Below are positions 9,150 through 21,100 of a stretch of 32,000 bases of DNA, in pieces. The position numbers were made by a program, and so were the translations under genes. The number at the start of each line of letters is the position of its first letter. Position 1 is the stretch's first letter. Under the pieces are notes generated by a model. That model did not search any database. It was not told the DNA's origin and saw only the letters and a list, made by a program, of their open reading frames with translations. The stretch covers positions 2,340,001-2,372,000 of the forward strand of contig NC_017039.1 of assembly GCF_000284455.1 (NCBI RefSeq), given 5' to 3'. This stretch comes from Synechocystis sp. PCC 6803 substr. PCC-P (lineage in GTDB: Bacteria > Cyanobacteriota > Cyanobacteriia > Cyanobacteriales > Microcystaceae).

Positions 9150-12100
9150 ATGCCTAACTCGACCTTGTTCGTCCTCGATTCCCGGGTGTTCCATGGGGGT
9201 CTGCTTCAGGCGGCTACTCTACCCAATATTGCGGTAATAACCCTAGATCCCGACCAAAGCGGTCTCCGGCAGATTACGGAAGCTTTGGGAAGACAAGGCG
9301 CTGTTCGTTCTCTGCATATTCTTTGCCATGGCTCTCCTGGCTGTCTGCACCTAGGTGATGGCCATCTGGGCTTAGATAATTTGGTCTACCACAGTGACGA
9401 GTTAAAAAGCTGGTTTGTCGGGGTTGAGTCTCCCCAACTATTTCTCTACGGCTGTAATGTAGCCGCTGGTGATGCCGGTACGGAATTTATTGAAAAGTTG
9501 GCCGGCTTGGCGGGGGCCGGGGTCTCCGCTTCTACCACGGCGATCGGGCATCAAGCCCTAGGTGGTAACTGGGTTTTAGATTTTCAAAAGGGTGATATTG
9601 TCATGGAAAATATTTTTTCTGCTCCTGAGTTAGCGGCCTATCCCGGCATCTTGGATGGCAATGGGCAATGGTCTTTGTTTGATCTAGTGGACTCCTCTGG
9701 TATCTACACCGAGCGACTGGATGCTCTGCAACCATTAGTACAAGAACAACTTTCCAGCTTTTTTGCCCAATCCGACTATCTCACCCAATTAGCCATTCCT
9801 TTTAGTGCCACTGCCAGCACTGATGACTGGACTAATAATGCGGAATCTTTGCGTTCTTCAATTTCGAACGGTAGTTACCAAATCCGTTTGGAAGTACGTT
9901 CTAGCGCTGAATTACAGGGAGCTTTGGGGGCTTATAGTGCTACGGGAACCACTGATACCCCGACCGTTTATCTCAACGCCGATTGGTTTGCCACTGCCAG
10001 TCAGGAGCAAATTGTTGCTGTCTTACTCGAAGAAATTGGCCATGACTTCGACCAGATTTTAAATGACGGGGCCGATAGCCAAGGCGATGAAGGGGAGATC
10101 TTTGCTAATTTAGTCAAACTAGGGGAAGTTAATCCAACCTATCTAGAAACTCTAAAAACACAAAATGATACTGGCTTTGCTTTTATTGACGGGCAAAAGA
10201 TAAATCTAGAGAATGCAGAAGATACCGTCTTAAATATTAATTTTCAAAACTTTGTATTTAACACTAATTTCACTACATCGACTCCTCCTCCAGGTGTACA
10301 AGAGGTTCGTTTATACACAAACATCATTCCAACTTTCACTACTCAGCAGATTAATGCAAAAGTAACTATAAGAGCTGTTAATATCACAATTGCCAACAGT
10401 ACCATTGATTCTAATGCTTCTAATACAGCAAGGATTCAGCCCCTCATTGATGCCAACGCTACTGGAGGTGGCTATTTTGAGTATCAGTTTGAATTCCAAG
10501 ATACTTTAGGAAATCCCATTTCTCTCAACCAATTTGCTCTGACAGGTATTGATGTTGATGGGAACTCAACAACTGAAAGAGAATTTTACGAAGTAAGCGG
10601 CTACTCCAATTACCAAATTGCTGTAGTTGGACCTCCTCGATTAAACGTTTCTGAATCCACTCAAGGAGATACTAAAACCTTAAGGGTTGATGGTAGGCCT
10701 TCCGTATTAACAGGCATTAGTTTTGACGACACTGCTTCTTTCATTGCCAACTTCCTCACACCTGTTTCATCTCTCACAGTCAGAGCCGGAGTTATCTGGA
10801 ACAATGCAAGTAATGATGTAAGGCAATTTTCTTTTGCTTTAGGAGCCCCACTTGGCACATTTTCAAACCCCCAGACTATTGACACCATTGCCCCCATTGT
10901 CACCAGCATTCTTCGCAATAATCCAACTTCAGAAATAACCAATGCCGATTCTTTAACTTTTCAAGTCACATTCTCGGAAAATGTTCAAAATGTCGATGTA
11001 AACGACTTTATCCTCAGTGGAACCGGCGTAAGCGGCGCTACCATCAGCAATGTTTCTGGCAGTGGGAGTGTTTACACCGTAACTGTCACAGGTATTGCCA
11101 ATAATAATGGAACCGTCAATCTGGACTTTGCCAGTGGACAGAACATACGAGATACCGCCAACAATGCCCTAAGCAATACCACTCCTACAACTGACGAGCA
11201 ATACACTTTAGACAACACAGCGCCAGCTGCCAGCATCACCTTAGATGCGAATATCACCGCCGATGACATCATCAACATTGCCGAGTCAGGACAAGCGATT
11301 CCTATCACCGGCACTGTTGGTGGTGAATTTAATGTTGGTGACACCGTCACATTGACGGTCAATGACAAGACCTTCACTGGTGCAGTCGGTGCGGGTGGTC
11401 TTTTCAGTATCAATGTTCCTGGTAGTGACCTCATTGTAGATGCTGATCTCACCATTGCTGCAAGTATTGCCACCACGGATGCAGCGGGTAATCTCGGCAG
11501 TGCCACCGATAACCAAACCTACACGGTTGATACGACAGCACCGATTCCAATAATCACAGTCAATGATGTCACTGCCGACAACATCATCAATGCTGCCGAG
11601 TCAGGACAAGCGATTCCTATCACCGGCACTGTTGGTGGTGAATTTAATGTTGGTGACACCGTCACATTGACGGTCAATGGCAAGCCCTTCACTGGGACTG
11701 TTGATGCCAATGGTGACTTCAGTATCGACGTTCTTGGTGGTGATTTAGTTAATGGCTCTGACCTGACCATTGCTGCCAGTGTTGCCACTACCGATGCAGC
11801 TGGTAATCCAGGCAGTGCTTCCGATAACCAAACCTACACTGTTGATACCACTGCTCCGACTGTCACCATCAATGCCATTGCGGTTGATGACATCATCAAT
11901 GCCGTGGAAGCAGGTAGTCCTGTTGCAGTCAGTGGCACCACGACTGGTGTTGAAGATGGTCAAGTCGTCACTGTCACCATTGATGGCAATACCTACACCG
12001 CCACCGTTACTGGTAATGCTTGGACATTCAATATCCCTGTCGCAGACATTGCCAACTTTGAAGCGACTGAAGAAGTCGTAGCTACTGTCAGTGATCTCGC

Positions 12101-15100
12101 TGGGAATCCCGCTACCCCTGCTACTCGCAACATCACTGTTGATACGGTTGCACCGGCCGTCACGATTGACAGCATCAGTGATGATACTGGCGCACAAGCT
12201 AATGACTTCATTACCAATGACGACACCCTTGTCTTCAATGGCACTGCAGAAGCAGATAGCACAGTTGTTGTCAGCTTAGATGGTATTGAAATCGGCACTG
12301 TGACTGCTAATGGTGCTGGTGAGTGGACCTTGGATTACACCGGCACCCTCCTGGCAGATGGCGACTATGAGCTGAGTGTGACTGCCACCAATCCCACTGG
12401 CAACAGCGCAACAGCAACTCAAACAATTGTTGTTGATACCACTGCTCCGACTGTCACCATCAATGCCATTGCGGTTGATGACATCATCAATGCCGTGGAA
12501 GCAGGTAGTCCTGTTGCAGTCAGTGGCACCACGACTGGTGTTGAAGATGGTCAAGTCGTCACTGTCACCATTGATGGCAATACCTACACCGCCACCGTTA
12601 CTGGTAATGCTTGGACATTCAATATCCCTGTCGCAGACATTGCCAACTTTGAAGCGACTGAAGAAGTCGTAGCCACTGTCAGTGACCTAGCCGGGAATCC
12701 CGCTACCCCCGCTACTCGCAACATCACTGTTGATACCACTGCTCCGACTGTCACCATCAATGCCATTGCGGTTGATGACATCATCAATGCCGTGGAAGCA
12801 GGTAGTCCTGTTGCAGTCAGTGGCACCACGACTGGTGTTGAAGATGGTCAAGTCGTCACTGTCACCATTGATGGCAATACCTACACCGCCACCGTTACTG
12901 GTAATGCTTGGACATTCAATATCCCTGTCGCAGACATTGCCAACTTTGAAGCGACTGAAGAAGTCGTAGCTACTGTCAGTGATCTCGCTGGGAATCCCGC
13001 TACCCCTGCTACTCGCAACATCACTGTTGATACGGTTGCACCGGCCGTCACGATTGACAGCATCAGTGATGATACTGGCGCACAAGCTAATGACTTCATT
13101 ACCAATGACGACACCCTTGTCTTCAATGGCACTGCAGAAGCAGATAGCACAGTTGTTGTCAGCTTAGATGGTATTGAAATCGGCACTGTGACTGCTAATG
13201 GTGCTGGTGAGTGGACCTTGGATTACACCGGCACCCTCCTGGCAGATGGCGACTATGAGCTGAGTGTGACTGCCACCAATCCCACTGGCAACAGCGCAAC
13301 AGCAACTCAAACAATTGTTGTTGATACCACTGCTCCGACTGTCACCATCAATGCCATTGCGGTTGATGACATCATCAATGCCGTGGAAGCAGGTAGTCCT
13401 GTTGCAGTCAGTGGCACCACGACTGGTGTTGAAGATGGTCAAGTCGTCACTGTCACCATTGATGGCAATACCTACACCGCCACCGTTACTGGTAATGCTT
13501 GGACATTCAATATCCCTGTCGCAGACATTGCCAACTTTGAAGCGACTGAAGAAGTCGTAGCCACTGTCAGTGACCTAGCCGGGAATCCCGCTACCCCCGC
13601 TACTCGCAACATCACTGTTGATACCACTGCTCCGACTGTCACCATCAATGCCATTGCGGTAGATGACATCATCAATGCCGTGGAAGCAGGTAGTCCTGTT
13701 GCAGTCAGTGGCACCACGACTGGTGTTGAAGATGGTCAAGTCGTCACTGTCACCATTGATGGCAATACCTACACCGCCACCGTTACTGGTAATGCTTGGA
13801 CATTCAATATCCCTGTCGCAGACATTGCCAACTTTGAAGCGACTGAAGAAGTCGTAGCTACTGTCAGTGATCTCGCTGGGAATCCCGCTACCCCTGCTAC
13901 TCGCAACATCACTGTTGATACGGTTGCACCGGCCGTCACGATTGACAGCATCAGTGATGATACTGGCGCACAAGCTAATGACTTCATTACCAATGACGAC
14001 ACCCTTGTCTTCAATGGCACTGCAGAAGCAGATAGCACAGTTGTTGTCAGCTTAGATGGTATTGAAATCGGCACTGTGACTGCTAATGGTGCTGGTGAGT
14101 GGACCTTGGATTACACCGGCACCCTCCTGGCAGATGGCGACTATGAGCTGAGTGTGACTGCCACCAATCCCACTGGCAACAGCGCAACAGCAACTCAAAC
14201 AATTGTTGTTGATACCACTGCTCCGACTGTCACCATCAATGCCATTGCGGTTGATGACATCATCAATGCCGTGGAAGCAGGTAGTCCTGTTGCAGTCAGT
14301 GGCACCACGACTGGTGTTGAAGATGGTCAAGTCGTCACTGTCACCATTGATGGCAATACCTACACCGCCACCGTTACTGGTAATGCTTGGACATTCAATA
14401 TCCCTGTCGCAGACATTGCCAACTTTGAAGCGACTGAAGAAGTCGTAGCCACTGTCAGTGACCTAGCCGGGAATCCCGCTACCCCCGCTACTCGCAACAT
14501 CACTGTTGATACCACTGCTCCGACTGTCACCATCAATGCCATTGCGGTTGATGACATCATCAATGCCGTGGAAGCAGGTAGTCCTGTTGCAGTCAGTGGC
14601 ACCACGACTGGTGTTGAAGATGGTCAAGTCGTCACTGTCACCATTGATGGCAATACCTACACCGCCACCGTTACTGGTAATGCTTGGACATTCAATATCC
14701 CTGTCGCAGACATTGCCAACTTTGAAGCGACTGAAGAAGTCGTAGCTACTGTCAGTGATCTCGCTGGGAATCCCGCTACCCCTGCTACTCGTAACATCAC
14801 TGTTGATACGGTTGCACCGGCCGTCACGATTGACAGCATCAGTGATGATACTGGCGCACAAGCTAATGACTTCATTACCAATGACGACACCCTTGTCTTC
14901 AATGGCACTGCAGAAGCAGATAGCACAGTTGTTGTCAGCTTAGATGGTATTGAAATCGGCACTGTGACTGCTAATGGTGCTGGTGAGTGGACCTTGGATT
15001 ACACCGGCACCCTCCTGGCAGATGGCGACTATGAGCTGAGTGTGACTGCCACCAATCCCACTGGCAACAGCGCAACAGCAACTCAAACAATTGTTGTTGA

Positions 15101-18100
15101 TACCACTGCTCCGACTGTCACCATCAATGCCATTGCGGTTGATGACATCATCAATGCCGTGGAAGCAGGTAGTCCTGTTGCAGTCAGTGGCACCACGACT
15201 GGTGTTGAAGATGGTCAAGTCGTCACTGTCACCATTGATGGCAATACCTACACCGCCACCGTTACTGGTAATGCTTGGACATTCAATATCCCTGTCGCAG
15301 ACATTGCCAACTTTGAAGCGACTGAAGAAGTCGTAGCCACTGTCAGTGACCTAGCCGGGAATCCCGCTACCCCCGCTACTCGCAACATCACTGTTGATAC
15401 CACTGCTCCGACTGTCACCATCAATGCCATTGCGGTTGATGACATCATCAATGCCGTGGAAGCAGGTAGTCCTGTTGCAGTCAGTGGCACCACGACTGGT
15501 GTTGAAGATGGTCAAGTCGTCACTGTCACCATTGATGGCAATACCTACACCGCCACCGTTACTGGTAATGCTTGGACATTCAATATCCCTGTCGCAGACA
15601 TTGCCAACTTTGAAGCGACTGAAGAAGTCGTAGCTACTGTCAGTGATCTCGCTGGGAATCCCGCTACCCCTGCTACTCGTAACATCACTGTTGATACGGT
15701 TGCACCGGCCGTCACGATTGACAGCATCAGTGATGATACTGGCGCACAAGCTAATGACTTCATTACCAATGACGACACCCTTGTCTTCAATGGCACTGCA
15801 GAAGCAGATAGCACAGTTGTTGTCAGCTTAGATGGTATTGAAATCGGCACTGTGACTGCTAATGGTGCTGGTGAGTGGACCTTGGATTACACCGGCACCC
15901 TCCTGGCAGATGGCGACTATGAGCTGAGTGTGACTGCCACCAATCCCACTGGCAACAGCGCAACAGCAACTCAAACAATTGTTGTTGATACCACTGCTCC
16001 GACTGTCACCATCAATGCCATTGCGGTTGATGACATCATCAATGCCGTGGAAGCAGGTAGTCCTGTTGCAGTCAGTGGCACCACGACTGGTGTTGAAGAT
16101 GGTCAAGTCGTCACTGTCACCATTGATGGCAATACCTACACCGCCACCGTTACTGGTAATGCTTGGACATTCAATATCCCTGTCGCAGACATTGCCAACT
16201 TTGAAGCGACTGAAGAAGTCGTAGCCACTGTCAGTGACCTAGCCGGGAATCCCGCTACCCCCGCTACTCGCAACATCACTGTTGATACCACTGCTCCGAC
16301 TGTCACCATCAATGCCATTGCGGTTGATGACATCATCAATGCCGTGGAAGCAGGTAGTCCTGTTGCAGTCAGTGGCACCACGACTGGTGTTGAAGATGGT
16401 CAAGTCGTCACTGTCACCATTGATGGCAATACCTACACCGCCACCGTTACTGGTAATGCTTGGACATTCAATATCCCTGTCGCAGACATTGCCAACTTTG
16501 AAGCGACTGAAGAAGTCGTAGCTACTGTCAGTGATCTCGCTGGGAATCCCGCTACCCCTGCTACTCGTAACATCACTGTTGATACGGTTGCACCGGCCGT
16601 CACGATTGACAGCATCAGTGATGATACTGGCGCACAAGCTAATGACTTCATTACCAATGACGACACCCTTGTCTTCAATGGCACTGCAGAAGCAGATAGC
16701 ACAGTTGTTGTCAGCTTAGATGGTATTGAAATCGGCACTGTGACTGCTAATGGTGCTGGTGAGTGGACCTTGGATTACACCGGCACCCTCCTGGCAGATG
16801 GCGACTATGAGCTGAGTGTGACTGCCACCAATCCCACTGGCAACAGCGCAACAGCAACTCAAACAATTGTTGTTGATACCACTGCTCCGACTGTCACCAT
16901 CAATGCCATTGCGGTTGATGACATCATCAATGCCGTGGAAGCAGGTAGTCCTGTTGCAGTCAGTGGCACCACGACTGGTGTTGAAGATGGTCAAGTCGTC
17001 ACTGTCACCATTGATGGCAATACCTACACCGCCACCGTTACTGGTAATGCTTGGACATTCAATATCCCTGTCGCAGACATTGCCAACTTTGAAGCGACTG
17101 AAGAAGTCGTAGCCACTGTCAGTGACCTAGCCGGGAATCCCGCTACCCCCGCTACTCGCAACATCACTGTTGATACCACTGCTCCGACTGTCACCATCAA
17201 TGCCATTGCGGTAGATGACATCATCAATGCCGTGGAAGCAGGTAGTCCTGTTGCAGTCAGTGGCACCACGACTGGTGTTGAAGATGGTCAAGTCGTCACT
17301 GTCACCATTGATGGCAATACCTACACCGCCACCGTTACTGGTAATGCTTGGACATTCAATATCCCTGTCGCAGACATTGCCAACTTTGAAGCGACTGAAG
17401 AAGTCGTAGCTACTGTCAGTGATCTCGCTGGGAATCCCGCTACCCCTGCTACTCGCAACATCACTGTTGATACGGTTGCACCAGCGGTTAATGAGCTTGA
17501 CATCACTGACAACACCGATACCGGCGCAGATGACTTGATTACTAGCAATGGCAATCCTGTCCTCACCTTCACGGGTGAACCTGGACTCACCATCACCCTT
17601 ACCGGTCCGGATGGTGCACTGGCTCCATCTGCTGCCTACACCGTCGCAGAGACACCCAGTGCGAATGGATCTACCTACACTGTCATCCTGCTGGATGCAA
17701 TTCCCAATGGAGAGCCAGATCCCTTTGGTGATTTTGCGAATGGTGTAGCAACCAATAATCCAGACAACACTGGCGACGGCACCTACACCATCGTTGCAAC
17801 CGATGCTGCCGGTAACAGTGTTGAAGTTGATGAGTTTGTCATTGACACCACTCCTCCCAACATTGCTATCACCGCTATCACAAACGACAGTGGCACCCCC
17901 GGCGACTTCATTACCAACGATCAAACCCTGATCTATAGCGGGACAACCGATGCCAATGCCACGGTGACAGTAACCCTCACCGACAGCAGCAACAACCCTG
18001 TCTTCACAGCCACCACCACCGCAGATGCCAATGGCAACTGGTCGCTAGACCGCACTGCCAACGAAACCTTAGCCGGAGGCACTTACACCCTCACGGCCAG

Positions 18101-21100
18101 CACAACGGATCTGGCTGGCAACACAACCACCGATACTCAAGCCATTCGCATTGAAACCAATGCACCAGGCATTGCCATCGCCAGCATCAGCACTGACAGC
18201 GGCATCCCCGGCGACTTTGTCACCAACGACCAAACCCTAGTCATTGCTGGAACCTGGACCAACCTGGATACCAACACCTTGGCAGTGACCTTTAACGGCA
18301 CGACCTATACCTTTGGGGAAAATCCTCAGCTAACAGTCAGTGGCAACAACTGGACCCTAGACCTCAGCGGTATCACCACCCCTCCAGGGGATTACGTCAT
18401 CACTGCTGTCACCACTGACTTAGCTAACAACACCAGCCAAGCCACTCAAAACGTCACGATCGACACCACAGCACCCAATGCCAGCATCACACTGACATCC
18501 AACATCACAGCAGATGATGTCATCAATGCCGTCGAAGCCGGTCAGCTCATTCCGATCACCGGCACCGTCGGTGGCAACGTCAGAGCCGGTGACATTGTCA
18601 CCCTCGCGATCGGTGGTCAAACCTTCACAGGAGCAGTCGCCAATGGTGGTACCTTCAGCATCGATGTTCCAGGTAGCGCCTTAGTCGCTGACCCTGACCG
18701 CACCATTCAGGCCAGCGTCACCACCACCGACCTAGCCGGTAACAGCACCACTGCTACCGACACGGAGAGTTATACCGTAGATACAACAGTGCCCGGAGCA
18801 CCGATTGTCACGATTACGGAAGACGTCAACAATGACGGGCTAATTAGTGTCGGGGAATTGAGTGGGTTAGTGGATGTATCTATAGCTATACCAGGTGGTG
18901 TGGTAGCAGGGGATATCCTGACTATCAGCGATGGCACCACTCCCCAAACCATCGTCTTAACCGCCGCCCAAATCAACGCCGGAGTAGTAACCACCCAGGT
19001 AGCAGTACCCAACCCAGGTACTACTTTAACGGTGACCGCCTTTGTTACAGATATTGCCGGTAACCAAGGTACCAGTGGCCGTGATAGTGCCGTATTAGAT
19101 ACCACCGCTCCCGGAGCACCCACCGTAACGATTACGGAAGATACCAATAATGACGGCTTCATAAGTGCAGGGGAATTGAATGGCCTAGTAGATGTATCGA
19201 TCGCCTTGCCCACTGGGTTAGTTGCTGGGGACACCCTGACCATTAGCGATGGCACCACTCCCCAGACCATTGTCCTCACCACCGCCCAAATCACCGCCGG
19301 AGTAGTAACCACCCAGGTAGCAGTACCCAACCCAGGTACTACTTTAACGGTGACCGCCTTTGTTACAGATATTGCCGGTAACCAAGGTCCCAGTGGCCGT
19401 GATAGTGCCGTATTAGATACCACCGCCCCCGAAGCACCGGTGGTCACGATCGCCGAAGATGCCAATAATGATGGCTTAATCAGTGCTGGGGAATTGAATG
19501 GCTTAGTAGATGTATTGATCGCCTTGCCCACTGGGTTAGTTGCTGGGGACACCCTGACCATTAGCGATGGCACCACTCCCCAGACCATTGTCCTCACCAC
19601 CGCCCAAATCACCGCCGGAGTAGTAACCACCCAGGTAGCAGTACCCAACCCAGGTACTACTTTAACGGTGACCGCCTTTGTTACAGATATTGCCGGTAAC
19701 CAAGGTCCCAGTGGCCGTGATAGTGCCGTATTAGATACCACCGCCCCCGAAGCACCGGTGGTCACGATCGCCGAAGATGCCAATAATGATGGCTTAATCA
19801 GTGCTGGGGAATTGAATGGCTTAGTAGATGTATTGATCGCCTTGCCCACTGGGTTAGTTGCTGGGGACACTCTGACCATTAGCGATGGCACCACTCCCCA
19901 AACCATCGTCTTAACCGCCGCCCAAATCAACGCCGGAGTAGTAACCACCCAGGTAGCAGTACCCGCCGAAGGTGCCACTTTAACGGTGAGTGCATTCATA
20001 ACGGATAATACTGGGAACCAAGGTCCTGATGGCAGCGATAGTGCCGTATTAAACACCACAGCGCCTAATGCCGGCCCCCTGGACATCACTGACGCAACTG
20101 ATACCGGCGCCGATGACTTGTTGAGCAGTAATGGTAACCCCGAACTGACTTTCACTGGTGAACCAGGATTAGAGATTGAGTTGCTTGGGCCTGATGGTAA
20201 CCCTGTTGATCCCGATGCCTATGAAGTGGTAGAAACCCCCGGTGCCAACCCTGGTGACCCTTCCACCTACACAATCAAATTAATTGACGCTGATCCATCT
20301 GACCCAGATAGCGATCCGTTTGGAGACTTCTTCAATGGAGTTGTCACAGGGAACCCTGCCAACACTGGGGATGGAACCTACACCATCACAGCAACGGATA
20401 ATGCAGGCAATACCAACGATGTAGGTCAATTTGAAATTGATACGACTTCTCCCGGTACTCCCAACAATGGCAATTCTCCTTTCAGTCCCCTGGACATCAC
20501 TGACCCAACTGATACCGGTGCCGATGACTTGTTGAGTAGTGATGGTAACCCCGAACTGACTTTCACTGGTGAACCAGGATTAGAGATTGAGTTGCTTGGG
20601 TCTGATGGTAATTCTGTTGACCCCGATGCCTATGAAGTGCTAGAAACCCCCGGTGTAAACCCTGGTGACCCTTCCACCTACACAATCAAGTTAATTGACG
20701 CTGACCCATCTGACCCAGATAGCGATCCGTTTGGAGACTTCTTCAATGGCTCCCCCACAGGTAATGGGGCCAATACCGGCGATGGCATTTACACCATCAC
20801 AGCAACGGATAATGCAGGTAATACCAACGATGTAGGTCAATTTGAAATTGATACGACTTCTCCCGGTACTCCCAACAATGGCAATTCTCCTTTCAGCCCC
20901 CTAGACATCACTGACGCAACTGATACCGGCGCCGATGACTTGTTGAGCGGTAATGGCAACCCCGAACTGACCTTTAGCGGTGAGTCAGGATTAGAGATTG
21001 AGTTGCTTGGGCCTGACGGTAATCCCGTCGATCCCGATGCCTATGAAGTGGTGGAAACTCCCGGTGCCAACCCTGGTGACCCTTCCACGTACACAATCAA

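Noticed and set aside
11841-17465. Whether the regular repeat array could be a CRISPR array or a non-coding satellite.
   Set aside because: The units are 888 bp with no short repeat/unique-spacer alternation. All periods are multiples of 3 and lie in one continuous reading frame encoding Ig-like modules.
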